DNA of 48,994 bases, the filler included, from Sphacelaria rigidula (lineage: Eukaryota): the NCBI GenBank assembly GCA_964200075.2. It is 2 parts of 2 records of this genome, joined end to end, with 100 filler letters (N's around TTAATTAATTAA, not from the genome) between each part and the next. Parts side by side here need not be neighbours in the genome. Positions count along the whole stretch, not along the records: positions 24,549 to 48,994 come from CAXNAA020000204.1; 1 more part is not named here. One strand, given 5' to 3'. Under the pieces are notes generated by a model. That model saw only the letters and a list, made by a program, of their open reading frames with translations. It was not told the DNA's origin and ran no database searches. This document shows, piece by piece, positions 24,936 through 39,400 of the stretch (position 1 is the first letter of the stretch; every line of letters starts with the position of its first letter). The position numbers and the translations under genes were made by a program.

Positions 24936-27900
24936 CTGTACAGGGACAACACGTAGAGTACTCTTCAGTGCCGTGCATTATTTCCTTTCAAAAACTTGAC
25001 GCGCCACGGCTCTCCGCACAGTATAGGTGGGCCGAGCGCCTTGTCCAACAGCGTATACACTACACAGCGTACTACCGCAACACATGATTCCGGAGAGTAA
25101 ATACCCGCGTCTTTTCCTTCACCATTGCACTCGTGAAAACTCTGAGGTTCAAGTTTTTAACTGCTAACTTCTCAAGAGGTCGCAAGGCCTACAAGTCGCC
25201 AATTTTGAATATACCTCCTGGATGATGACTTTCGTGTTTGATTTCAGCACCCCGCGGGCATCGGTGCTACATCGTACATCACCCCCGAGGAAGATTCATG
25301 TTCCACGCCCGAAAACTCGACCAGGGACGACGAAGACCACAACACTCGGAAGTACACAAGACATACCTCCTGGTCGATGTGGGCATACGCCTCATCGGAA
25401 GAGTTGACGAACTTGATGTAACTGTCAATCACTCTCTGCAACTCGGTCGCGCAATCCTAGAGCATGGCACGAAGGACAAGACGAAAAAATTAGCAAGTTC
25501 GATTATTATTATCATCATCATCATTCAACATGAAGTTTCACTGGCGATACAGTAGATTTTTCACCTCAACACAAAAACAAACGGCTAACTTCACAACTTC
25601 CCCGGTAAAGAAATACATGGGGGCTCAATCCACCTCCCACTCGTAAGGCGGTAAGGCTTTGCTCGCACTACGTATATCGCCTGCAATGAAACGCATACAT
25701 GAGCATCCAACCATGCAAAATCACACCGACACGCATACGACAAGACAGGATTGGGAACACCGCAAAACAATAAGATGGGACACGTGTTGGAATCGAAGCC
25801 AATCAACCAAAACAACGAGGCCGTCCTTGTCACATGTCAGCTTCAGTCTCACCTGCCGGTTGGTTGCCTCGTACATCCTCTTCTCTATGGGCTCGCCCAA
25901 GTCCGTGAGTTCCTTCAACTTAGCAGTGTACACCGACTTCGAGCTGTCGAACCCTTCGTCTGAGTAAAGCCTAATTCCGACAAAAAACACAGGCGGGCAA
26001 GCGGGGGCGGGGGTGATACTCAATTCCATTGAACAGAATAATCGAAGAACAATGAATCAAGAAATGGGGAGACATGGAATATACGTTTCTATGTTTTCAT
26101 CGGGACTGGTGCCCGAGAACTGAACGGAGAGTCTCATTCTATAGCCGTTGCGCGGGGCATTTGTTGAAGGCCGTTCCAAACGCGTACCACGAAACTCGTT
26201 CGACGTCACTGCAGGATCAGCGCGCATCAAACCAACTCATTTGACCTTCAAAATCAGCACGCATGAATTGGAACATGACCATCTTTGTCGGCCGTACGAA
26301 GGGGTTACGATTCTTCCTCCACCACAGTGATACCGTCGTCACGTGTGGATGTGCCGTATCACCGTCTGACACGAGTCATATTCCCGCTCGTCTCCTTCCC
26401 CAACAAGGCAAGAGTCTGTGATTCAGATCTTGCTGATTCACCACTCTCGCCATTGGCCATATAAACCGAAACAGGCGAGCTGATCTTGCATTACACACCC
26501 ACCCTATATTCTACCACAAATTCGATAATAATTTCATCAACTGCACACACGGTCATCTGTCTGGCGTCCATCACATACGTGAAATCTCCATCGGAAGGCG
26601 TGAGTTAACGTCATGTGGTGGTGATATGATGGGCTTCGACATTTTTTACATGCAATTTGCCTCAAATATCTGGTATCAGTGTACAAAATATATCAATAGT
26701 CAGCGCCAAAAAGTACGGATTCCCCACACCCCCGTTTCGAAACGTATAAGTATGGGCAAGCGTCCCGCTCCGAGTTTTGAGAGTTGTTGCCACGTCTCCA
26801 ACGCGCAGGTTGATGTTCGCAGATTCATGTTGCAGTCAACCTCCCTCCTTCCCCTCCCCTTCCTCCCTTCCCCCTTCATTAATCTCACCAATCCTCGGCG
26901 TCCTTGAGCTTTCCACCGAACCTGTCAGCCTCCTCCCCCTCAACGTAGGGTCTAAGCGATCCCACAACCTTATCGCGCATGAGATACACATAGCTTTCCA
27001 ACTCGTTACGCTTGTCCGCTGTTTCTCTGAGGACTCGGTCCTGTATTTTTCAAGAGGGAGGGGAGGGAGTGGAGGTAGAGGAGCGAAAGTGACACCCCAA
27101 GACAAGTAGCCATGACATTGTACAGTAGTCAGCGTAGTGTATGCAGAAGTCGTAATTACTCAGTTTCTCGAAGATTTTTCAAAGTTGTTTCGCTTGCCAC
27201 GGCTCATCACAGTGACTGTTGGATGCCAGAAAATCGGCATCTAGAACTCCACCCCCAGCCCAGAGTCGTACCGATCACCTTCGAAGAACTTTAAAAAAAT
27301 CTTCGCAGGAGGGGCACATGGTGATCTTGGCAGGGTGTGCGTGGGAAAAGCTCAAATCGGCGACGACGGCGCGGATTATTTTAGCTAAAAATGCGTGCTC
27401 CAGCAAGATGGAAACAGACGGTCAGCCCTTCGCGGACCCGAATTTGATCTTTTCACACCGTGGACAACAGAATACAATGTCGACGGGTGTACCGCGTACA
27501 GTATGAGATATATCGCCTAATGCAACAAGTCGATATCGGAAGCAGTACACCTTTTTGATGACGTAATTCACCACCCAATGAGAGGTGGTCTTTCCTCATC
27601 AGGCATGTTTTGGCCGCGATGAGTCAACGACAAACTTGCGTGAGTTCTACTAGATCACAATCTCCCATGAACCTCATCAGCTATACTCACATCAGTATAT
27701 TACTCCACTGACTGGGTGCGAGGTCACGGCAGGAATAGCGCGGCCATGACGGACTCGCGATTTTGTGTTCGTACCTGGTTGGCCATCTGCGCTTCCATCA
27801 ACACCGCCTCATCTATCTGGGTCTTTGTCCATGCGGCCGTCTTGGGGTCAACCTTCAAAGGAACCTGCTTGACATATAGGAATGCAAAATCGGTTTCTGC

Positions 27901-30900
27901 AGATTCATTTTCGACAAAAAAAATAGTATCGAATGCGAATCATTTCTCATCATATCTATACACGTATGCATGTATAACAAAACACAGGGCGATTATATAT
28001 CCAAATATCTCCTCACGATCCATCCAGGGTGCGCATACATCTTAAACAAAGACCGCGAGAATGGTCCATCTAAATCATGGATACTGTTTTTCAAGTGTAA
28101 GTTGTTGCCGATTTAGCAGATGGCCTACTCTCGCCGTGGGAGGTGAACTTCGCATTCAACCCGGGCGGACAGACCAGGGACATCCGGAGCGAACCAAAAG
28201 GGGCTTACTCATTCCTTGCTTCTCTTAGTCGTGCGGCCACGCAAAATTCGGGCAGAGTGCTGAGATGACAGTCAATCTACCCAAAATTTGGATAACTCAA
28301 GTATTCAAATTCGCACCCAAGATACCCAGACGACCTGTACTACACATCCCATCGGGGCCGGTTTTGGGTTCAGGTCTCATCACTCCTTACCCCGTGTTTT
28401 GTCATCTTCCACCGTTTCCACCGCTGGGTCCCCCATAGAGGGGGTCAGATGTGTGGCCAGTATAGTCGCTCATTTTCTACACTACTGATGAGTAGCGCTT
28501 TGTACTAAAACTGATTTCGAAGAGGATGCGAAGTATGAAGTAAGGGTATGGACAGATGTGTACTGCCGGGGGTGGGGCAGATGGGTTCATGCACCTGCAC
28601 GCGTTTCTCGTTTTTTAATGGCCCACCGTTCGCCCATGTGTCCGACATGGTCTGTGAAGTGACATCACGAGGTCGCCAACGGTCACGTTACTCATCATAT
28701 CCAAGTGATACTCTGTAGTCGAGTATTACCGAAGTGGCTTACCCAATATTGGGAAGAGTTTCCGAGGTCATGCTCAATCTACCCGATAATTCGGGAAGAG
28801 TATTGAGGGCCATTCTTCATCTACCCAACTTTCGAGTAGAGTTTTGAGATCATACCCAAGTGACACTCTATACCCAGGTAATGCCAAGACTGCTTACCCG
28901 GTGTTGAGTAGGATATTCAAGGTCGTATCGATCTAAATAAAATTTGGACTGAGTATTGAGGTCACATGTTTGAGTGATACTCTATACCCAGGTATTGCGC
29001 ACGATCGAACCACTGGGGACCGTGGGTTTGGACTTGATGTCCCTACACCTTCTTCTTTTCTTGGAGCGTGATGATTTGAGGACCTCATGACCGTTCGACT
29101 GACGAAACCCATCATACATACCCAGACACATCGATATTTTGTACACAATATAATTGTACATCACACAACAATATCAACAACAAAGGAACATAGAGATCAT
29201 GCATTCCCCCGCACATATCCACCAATCGACAGCACATACGGATCAAACATCCTCCTGCACACATCCACCAATCCACAGCACATGTAGATCAGACATACCC
29301 GTGTACATACCCACCAACCGACAGCGCACACAAATTATACAAATCACACGCACACACACCTTGCTGTAAGCCTTCTTCTTCGTTACCGCCGCCGCATCTT
29401 CCTTACCCACGTCCTGCCCAGCGCAGCAGCCCTTGTCAGCACAAGATCCGTTTTCGTCGGCTGCCTTATCTCCACTCTCCGGTACCCCTGCCCCAGCCGG
29501 GGGAACGCCGTTTGGCTGCGGGCCAGCAGCCCCGTCTGGTTCCGCACTGCCGTTCGAGGTTGGGGGTTTCTCCCCTTTGGTCTATTTTTCGTCATGTGTC
29601 ATTGTGAATCAAGGGAGCAACAAAAAAGTCACGTCTCTCGTGGGAATACGGATATGATTTTTTCCCCTACTAAAGGGGTTCACTGTTGATGAAGCCCGAA
29701 AAATAATTGGGAAAGATAAAAAATAATGAAATAATACAGGGGGGATTAGTGCACGATTAGCCTTAAGACGGCGACAGTGGATTGTGTCGGAAACCGCTTC
29801 TGTGTCGTGTCAGAGTGTAAATATCTCAAGGTCAAAGTGTTACGACAAATTATTTCTCCCTCCGTCAAATGTGTGGTACTCCCTTCAACTTTTTTCGAAG
29901 GGGTGTTTTCTCTTATGTTGCTCTATGTTTCGGAGATATTCGCTCTCTGAAATGACATAAAAGCGTTTCCCGGAACTCTCCAAAAGATGATCGGTTGAAT
30001 CGGCAACAATTCCACTTGACGAAAATATACATGGTCCAGATAGACGACCCTAGCGATCGAAGGGTTGATAGTGTAAGGCGATCATCACTGCAGATCAAAT
30101 CGCCAGATGATTGTTTCTTCCTACCGATTTTTGGGGGTATCGATGAGCCAGTTTCGAACCCGCCGGTGGCTCGACTGAATGTCGGGGATTGAGATCCTAT
30201 CACTGAAAATGTGATGCCGTGAGCGGCGGCGAAATTCCAGGTCACGAAAGTTGACGGGATGCGGAGGTGCTGACAACCCCAGCTATCAGCCGTCTCACTT
30301 CATTCCTCGTTTGCCTTGTTGATTCAATACTCTGACTCGCTGTCGACTTGTACTCATCTCTCGAAAAACAGTGGCACCTCAGCAAAAACATCCGCTTGAC
30401 ACGTCAACGTCAAAAGGCTTCAGTTGGAGAGACATGAACGGTTATCTCAGCTGTAATGCTCGTGTTCACAGCTGCCGAGGTATCAACGGTCATGGCAGCT
30501 AGATACTTTTAACCGCACGCCGCTTCCCCCTCATGTTAAGACGAGTATTATTAACAGGTGAAGGGTTGTGAAGCGAACCAGGTGTTTGTATCACAGCCCT
30601 CGTGGGAGTACGGCTGTGGCGAAGCCACGGCAGACTTTCTGCCAGAAACTGACGTTTCTCGCCGCACAAAAATACCAGAACGTAAAAAAGAAACGACTCC
30701 CACGTGTATTTTGTCTCATCGATCAAAACTGGTTCCCTACATGGATGATGACTATCGTCTAGAGCATACAATCGCACGGCAACAAGTCATACAGGAAAAC
30801 AGAAGCGACACAACTCCAAGCTTCGAGTGAGGGGGGGGGACGTAGTTTCAACCAAGAGACATATACAAATGACGCAGACACACAACATATATCCAAATTT

Positions 30901-33900
30901 GCCTTAAAATCTATCAACTTCTCGACAAATCATTAGCACAAGGACAGAAAAACAAGCGAGACATCCTCTCACCTCATCCACGTCCATGGGCGCCTGCGCG
31001 GTTTTTTGTCATGGATTCAAGAACGCCGAATGGGTGCCAGTCGATTGTGGCAGGCAAACGATCCATTACGACACAGGCGGACAGGCAGACAGGGCGTGCA
31101 GCCCCCAGTTTGCGAAAACACAAGTGAGAAAAGTGAAACAAGGAGAAGAACGGTACGGGTGATTAAAAGGAGGGGGAAAGGGGTGCAAGCAGGGGAAAAG
31201 GCGAAAAAAAGAACAGAGGGGACAGGCTCGTCGTGAAGCGGAAAGCAACGTACCGTCTCCAGGGGAGTCATACCCTGAATTTCAAGACCCATACTCTGTA
31301 GTCAAGTGTTCCTGAGAGTGCTTACTCAAATCTTGAGAAGAGTATTCGAGGCCGTAATCGACCCACTTAAATATAGAGTAGAGTGTTGAGGTCATACTCA
31401 AGTGAAGCTCTATACGCAAGTATTACTGAAGGTGCTTACTCCATATTTGAGTGAAGTATTTGAGGCCGTACACAACCTACTCAAACGTCGAGTAGAGTAA
31501 ATACTTGAGTATTTTACTCGAGTACTCAAAAGTACATACTCTACTCGACCTACCTACATACAATTATATAGTTCACTAGTTTTTTTCATTTCACTCGAAA
31601 CTTGTTTCACCAGTCGCGAGAAAAAATATTCTAGCTACACCAACTCACCGCTCCGGCAGCATCAGCTGCACCTGGCGCCTTCTCTTGTGCCGCAGGGACA
31701 GCAGGCGGCAAATCGGCAGGAGGAGGTACCGCCTCCTGAAGGGAAATAGTTGGGAGGACAGACGAACGGAGACAACGGGGGGAAAACGGTTCATCAGTGG
31801 ATTTATATCCCACATCAATTCTTGTGTGGGACTGCAGGAGGTCCAAATCATGTGCAAGAATCATAGGGGTGGGTCATCACGCAACAACTACTATGCCAGT
31901 GATGACAACCATCAACTCTTCTCCCCCCCCCGCCCCCATACGAAGAAAATAAACATATTTTCCTGACGTTTTTTTCCCTTGGTATCCACTCAAGGCGTGT
32001 CTCGGCACAGCAGAAACGGCAAATTCCAATCTAATCAGTCATCAGATCAACATAAGTAAAGCTTGACACGAATGACTACCCATTAGACAGGGCTTATTTT
32101 TTTGCACCTGCACCTTTCCGATCGAATAATATGTCGATAAAAGACGGCCTTACGTTTAATTCGCCATGGGAACGCGGAGGGCAGGAACGTGACCAAACAG
32201 AAGTGGGAAGCTTCTGGGCTTTTGGATCTTAGATGAAATCACCACCAACGGGAACATGAAAGCACAACCGGAACAGACTGCCACCAGCGAATGATGAGCT
32301 TCCTGCCTCATTCTTTGCAAGAACAAATAAAACATCCTGTGAAGAAAGTCCCCCGACTACCGGTGTCATAATCAACATATTGTCCAGATCTTCCTAGTTG
32401 GATCGTTTCGCCGTGCAATTCCGACAGTTTTTGAAAAAGAACAGATGGGATAAAAAGAGTACCACTACGGGTGAAGACCAACCAGCTGGAGTGATTTACG
32501 GCTCGAGCTTCGATGAGACCCGACATACCTAATGGACTCAGATCATCTCTGGGGGGTGTACTCATGATCATGCATGCCATAGTCATGAGACTATTAACCT
32601 CATCTTTGGGGGGGGGGGGGGGGGGCAGTATGCTCCGTGGGTAAGGGGAAGGCCTTATGCATAAATTACTTCACTTGACCGTATATCCGGTACGGAGGGA
32701 AAAGAAAGTGAATAAATAATCGTGGAACAAAGTTACGAATACCGTGGTCGGTTTGTTTCAACATCCGGCTGTAGAGAGGGGTCATGCCAGCATGAGGAGG
32801 GGAGGATTTAGGGCATTCTTGCACAAAATACCAACATTAAATGCGTGTTGAAAGCAGCAGCGGTTGTTCGAACGGGCTTACTATCGATGATTTAAGCCTG
32901 CTCATACCGCTTGACATCGTTTTTACACAAATTAAGCGCACCGCAAGTTTGTCGAGTTGTGCAGCACACCAGCAAGAAAAGATGTCAATTTTGCAGAGAA
33001 CGTTCGGATTTTGGTTGTTTGGTTCGTTTTTGTTTGGGACAAGGGGCAGACAAAAAGCATCATGTATGAAGATGATGAAAAATTGATGAATGAATCAACC
33101 CTTTTGGGACCCATTGACGATTTTTGTTCTTGAGAATCGGCATTTTCAAATGATGCCCCTTCACAAAAACAAGAAACGTCAGTGTATGCCAAAAGGGTGA
33201 AGGAGTGGTTGAGGATGGATGGTTGGATGGTTAGTTGGGATTAAATTTCATATTTTCGGACAAGGAAAAGATATACACATACAGGTTGGTTCACGGTATC
33301 ACCCGAAATTGTGTCATCAGCAAATGCCTCCCGCAATACGCACCCAATAGTCGCATATGTGGTATCATACTGACCGCAATGAATATGAAGAGGGTGACAT
33401 AGCGGGATTCTAGTTCAAGGCCGTAGCGGTGCCGCTCTAGACGACAATATGGAACAACCAATCAGCGCCCTTCGACCTGTTCCGAGATCTAATTCACGAA
33501 TACCAAGCCCAATTTAAACACAATCTCTGCATGCTTAAAATCGTAGTAACCGTCGTCGACACGGGAATCTAACGACAAAATCACATTTTTAAAACGCTCA
33601 CTACGGGGGTCGAATTATTACTGACACCGTGATGCTTCGGTGATGTCGGGCGTTGGCGTCGTCTAATTTCCACTAATGATACGCACGAAAGACCCAGGGA
33701 GCCTCGTGACAGTGTCCCCCAAATCTGTTGTAGAAAAGCTCAGATCGATCTCAAACTCGGCAGTTCCGTAGGTAAATTAATGCATAAAATGGAAAAATAT
33801 ATATTCTCGACAATATATCATAGTTTCTCCGTTCTCTACCGGCTTCCGGGGGTCCCAGCATGAAGACCCCGGACGGCGGTACAGAATGCCCTGAAAAATA

Positions 33901-36424
33901 ATAATATAATGATGCGTCTCGGGAGAGTCCAAGAACACATGTACAAAGTTTGGTGGAGAAACTCAAGAACCTTATACAGGTTTTCTTGCCTTGTCGTCAA
34001 ATTCACCCCAAAAGACGTTTCCATACTAAAACCAAGTAGTAAGAAATTGGACGTTCCGAGCCAACGTCCTCCACAAACGCGCAAACTTTCACGCTGTCAT
34101 CAAGAGTTAGATCTCAAGACTTTGCATAAATATGCCATGTATCATTACGCAACTTTTTACGGACAATGGTTTCTGTACTTCTTTACTCTTTCACCGTTTT
34201 TCGGGGGTCTGACGGGATCGAAGACGTTTTTCGAAGTAGTCTCCATGGTGGGACCCCAGAAAAACGGCACTACGATTATATTTCAATTTTTTCGTCAACT
34301 ATCTGCCTCCGCATAGCCCGAGGATGGGCCCGAAAAAATTCTTGTCGCAAAACTCGATAAACTGATGATTGAAAGTCCATGTTCACGTCAAACAAGGCAC
34401 AAAAACACCGTTTTGGTACTATCATCAAGTAGTTTTCTGTTTCACCGCGGCACGACAGGGTCCAGTGCACAAAATCGAAGAACCTCACGCCGTTTTGACG
34501 AGTTAGACCCTGAAATCTTGTACAACTGTGCTTCGAGTCACTGGGCAACTTCGAAGGAACGGTTGTTCTTCTCGTTACCGTTTTGCGGGGGTTCGATTGG
34601 ATCGAGGTTTCCCCCCAAAAAATGGGACCCCGGAAAACGGTGAAAAAGTCAAGTGAAAAAAAAAAAAAAATGACCTCCGGAAGTTGCATGATGACCTATA
34701 GAACATTCGTGCAAAATTTCAGGGTCGAACTCCTTCAAACGGCTTGAGGTTTTGCCGATGAGTGTTTTTCGGGTGATACGCGTGAACCAGCCTGGATAAG
34801 TACTTTAATGATGAAATATTCAATGAAATAATTGATCAACTGGTTGGTCGGTGATGAATAGGTAGTTGTTCGACTACGTCATTTTTTTTTTTTGGAAAAA
34901 ACAAACACAATGTATCGATGATTTCGCCAAGTGAATTTTGGTGCTCGATGTTTCAATGGAGGAGCATGTCGCATATCCCCTTTTGAAGGGGTGCACTATT
35001 CGACTTCAGGACCGAACAACGTCCATCACATAGGCTCATTATCTTGAACCCGTGGCGTAGAACACCCATAGCAAGTGGATTCATTTACTTTCATCACATG
35101 TTCGGTCCATACGACGACGATTACGAGGAACCTCGACAGTGACGCTGTTTCGAGCAATAAAATTTACATGCAATGTCTACACAAACATATCTTCTGCCCG
35201 TATGTATCCAGTACACCTAGATCCTAACCGAATCGTACCTTTACGACCTCCTTCATCATCTCCGCCGACTGGACGTTGAACATCCCGTGGATGTCGTGTT
35301 TGACGTTCACGCGCACTTTCGAAAGCCCCGCCCCTTCGGGCACGTCCACCTTGAACACAAGAACACCAACAAAAACGCACACAGACATGTACGAATGTCC
35401 CACGGTTAGGACGAATCATTACGACTACTCATCACCGAATCCACGATTCCTTCGGCCTGATAGCCCAAACTTGAGAAAAAAGTTGACCGCTGGTCCAAGG
35501 GGTATCGACGCCAGTTTTGCGCCATTGAACGTGTCTGAGTTGCGTGTACCTGGGTTGCAACGCTGAAGACAACGCGCAGGAGTTGATTCATACGAGTCGA
35601 ATCAATGGTACTAAAACCAAGTAATTTCCAGACAAATCATCATTCGTCCGACCCTTGGAATATACGAACTAAACTAAGGGTTCGTTGACCCCACTTTTTT
35701 CATGGAAACATATATGCGCAGGTGGTGAAAAACAAAATCTAACGTATACACCAGACCCGTCAAAAAGTGTATTGCGTGCTGTATGGAAGGCAGTGCACAT
35801 TAGGCAACGTAATCTATTGCCTAGGGGGTGGTATGAACTGACTCAACAAACAAAATCACGAAAAACACTTCGTCGACAACTTGTCCGAGCAGCTCTCGAA
35901 AAAACTACCGTAGCAACCGCAAAAAAAAAAGAAGGAAAAGGATTCATTCAATGATCGCTTCCCTATACCTTTGTCATCTGCATTTATATTCATGTACGTG
36001 AATGCTCATCATGTTGGTGAATGTTTCCTGACACGGGCATGAAAGCGGCTTAGACATATCGCTCCACAGAGATGTGCGTCTCTCTCGACGGAGGAAGACA
36101 CCACCTGCTTTCTGTGCTCTTCGAAAAAGACGCCAATCACCACATGCCATGTCGTTGTGTGCATCCATACCTTGAAAGTGCCAATTGTGGGAGAGGTGCC
36201 GGCCGGCAATTCCGCCGTAGTATCGTACGTGGCCGTAAGCGTGAACGGCTGGTCCATGTTGAAATTCACCCGCCGCACCTGTTCTCACCCAAGACGAGAA
36301 GATGGGATGAAATGGTGGTTATGTGTGTCGGGGCGGGGGGGGGGGGGGGAAGTGGGGAAACGCCCTGCGGTTTAATTTCGGGCCNNNNNNNNNNGGATGG
36401 TGGAAAGGAGGGGGGGGGGGGGGG

Positions 36425-36465
<41 letters not shown>

Positions 36466-39400
36466 CGGAAGTGGGGAAACGCTCATCAGTTTAATCTCGG
36501 GCCGTCTTGGATCATTGAAAGGTTGAAATGTTGTCGGCGGCTGTTCATCACAGACCCTTTCGGGGCTGTGTTTCATGGGACATAGCCAGAAGAAGGGTTA
36601 TTTTGGTTGCTATACAAAGATATTCGAGGATGCCAACAGAAGATCCCGGTATGGTTTGCCATGGTACGGAACCATGTTCGCAGCACTCCGGTATCTGTGG
36701 TCGGCAAGGACATTTGCCGATCAACTGCCCCCATCATAACTTTGTATATACCACACTTTTAGGCAGTATATCGTACGAAACAGAAGGTCCCCTTTCATCT
36801 CCTGCGTTTCGCTTTTCGTCTACAACTCATTCTATTGCACACTATTCAGCAACAACCTCGAAATATTCCATAATTTTCTTCACAGCTGCAAAAAAAAAAG
36901 TAAGCCGGATAGTGCCGATCCGGTATCGAGCACAAACCACTGCGCGGACAGGTTCTTTTATTGTTTAACGCACATGGACGGTATGAATTTCAACCTCAAA
37001 ATAAAGTGTGTCAAAACAGGCGCAGAAGGTTACACTCTACACGACTACACTTTCTCCGATCGTAGCTGTTCAAATCCTAGATTACATTTCACATCGTCGA
37101 ACAGTATAACGCGTACAGCATGGAATCTGTTGTCTGTTGCAATAGTAGAGGTGTGCCGCTGGAGAAAAAACAGAGGTTGTAACCGGTTTTTGGAAACTCC
37201 AAGAGGCGTTAACCGCTTACGGTTATGAAAAAAAACGGAGTATTCTTTGCCGGTTGAACCGGTTTACCGGCAAAAGAAAGCGTTATTGTGGCGGTTGAAC
37301 CGGTTCAAATGCGAAGTTTGAAACTGGTGCTTGTAGCTCGTAGCTCGTAGCTCGTAGCGAAAACGTGACTTACGACATGCCACACGCTACACGTCACCCT
37401 TACAACTTCCACATAAAGTCAGCTCGCAGAGACCACAGTACTGCGGAGGTGGCGCACATACTTGCATACTCGAGACTGCCCCCATCTTTGTTTTGGGGGT
37501 ATTCTCGCTCACTACTCTCCGATAGATCTCGTAAGTGTCGGTAGATCTTGGTAAAATGAGCAGATAATCCTGAAAAAAACAGTGCCCGAGTGGTTTTACG
37601 TAGTGTTATCGGGTGGTACGAGCAGATACCTCGTTTATAATGAGGGTATTGTTAACCGTGAAACAAAGTTATCCGGCTCTGGTGCAGTGAGTATGTAAAA
37701 TTCCCCAAAAAATAATCTGTACATTTTCGCACAACAACGATCGGGACAGGCTCGATCGATTTGAATTCTTCAAAGAGTCAGGATCTGTGCTGAAAAATTG
37801 CAGGACCCCCGATGACCGGTCAGCCCGGAAGTCACTCAATATTGAGTACAGTTGATTCTTGTTTTCATTGAATGTGGAGCGGATACAAGTATATTCAAAT
37901 CCCTACTGTGATGGGCGGTGACAAGCGGAAGAACCTGAGAAAATCGCCGATGACCGAGAAATCAAAAAAGAAATGGTTCAGGTTCACACCACTACCTACT
38001 ACTTCAGAGTATAGTTTTTATTTTCTACTCTTGACACCATCTAGATTTCACTTCTTCCATGTGTACCAATCCGGATCATGAGCTAGCTTATCTGGACCCT
38101 TTTCCCCATGTCTTCTCCCTCGAGCGTTGGACTATGAGCACGTATAGTTAGCGCTAAGGTAGCGGTTTGACTTCTCGGCCCCTGCTGTCACGTTTTGTGC
38201 TCTTCGACCGCGGATCTGAAAGTCTACTTCGATTAACTTCTTCACGATGCTCATGATCTGTCGAACGTGCGACAGATTTCTTCTCTTCGACCGCGAATCT
38301 GAGAGTCTCCTCCGATTGACCATTTCACGTTGCTCATGATCTGTCAAACGTGCGATAGATTTCTTCGCATATACCGTCACCTGTTTCTTCCTACAATCAA
38401 CGTACAATCCACCCTCGATCGGAAAAAAAGAAGCAGATATCTCAGCGCAACATTGAAAGCGGACTGATTCTAGAAAAGATTACATGTCACGTACACATCA
38501 GTTTTAATCTTTCTCCTTCGTGAACTACGATATGATTGACTTTCCATGGAGACAAGGAATCACTGCACTCGACACTGAGGTGCCCAGTGAACAGGTAATG
38601 CGTGTGTGTGTCGTCATATCATCTACTCTAGACGCCGGTCCCCACCACACAGTATATGTGGGCACATTAGCCAGGTTTACACAGCGCGAAGGTCAACAAA
38701 AGAGTTTTTACCATTTATATTGCTTCAGTACTTCACGTACATCCGCATCTGCAGAACAACCGTCGAGAGTTTTGAGGTTACCAACTGAACCACCGCGGCG
38801 GACGGCTCACGACGTTCCAAGATTTGATCGGCAGGTCATAACAACGCCACAGTGAGATAAGCTCAAATAATGACACGAGTAATCCACGCCGTTTACTTCC
38901 CGCGGTATTTTCCAAACATCGAAACATACCTTCGGCGTCTCATCTCCCTTTGCGAAAATGTTGAGCGAGTTTCCAGCGGGGGCCGCCTCTGATGCCTCTT
39001 CTTCACCCTCTTCTGCGAAAAAAAAAAGAGGGACAAGCGAGGGAAAAAAAGACGAGGGCGGCAAAAAAGGGGAGCACCGCACCGCACAAAACACGGGCGG
39101 GGCGGGGGTTTCTTAGGAAAACAAGATAAGTCATGTATGCAATGCGATGTCGGCGTCTCCTCTTCCTGAAGATGTTTGTGAAACAAGTAGTGTGACAAAA
39201 AATCCTACCGACGTTTCTTGGACGCACGTCGAACCCCACCCACTGTCAGCGATATCATACCTCGTACGAAGCATGTTCAGAGGTCACGGACCTCATTCAC
39301 TATTTTTTTCAACGTGGGGTCCAAAAGTATGGCATCCTAATGCCATGAATATCTTCTCACGCTTCAGAGGTCCCGATTCTCGACTTCAGTTTTGTGGAGT

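Noticed and set aside
28392-28423. Exon-like VETVEDDKTR segment with AG/GTAAGG in an Hsp110 intron
   Set aside because: It is 32 nt and would shift the frame in a phase-0 intron whose flanking exons already join; at most a poison exon.
36483-36552. ~70-nt GUGAUGA...CUGA on the minus strand
   Set aside because: No convincing terminal stem, D' box or rRNA complement, and it lies next to a gap with duplicated, unreliable sequence.
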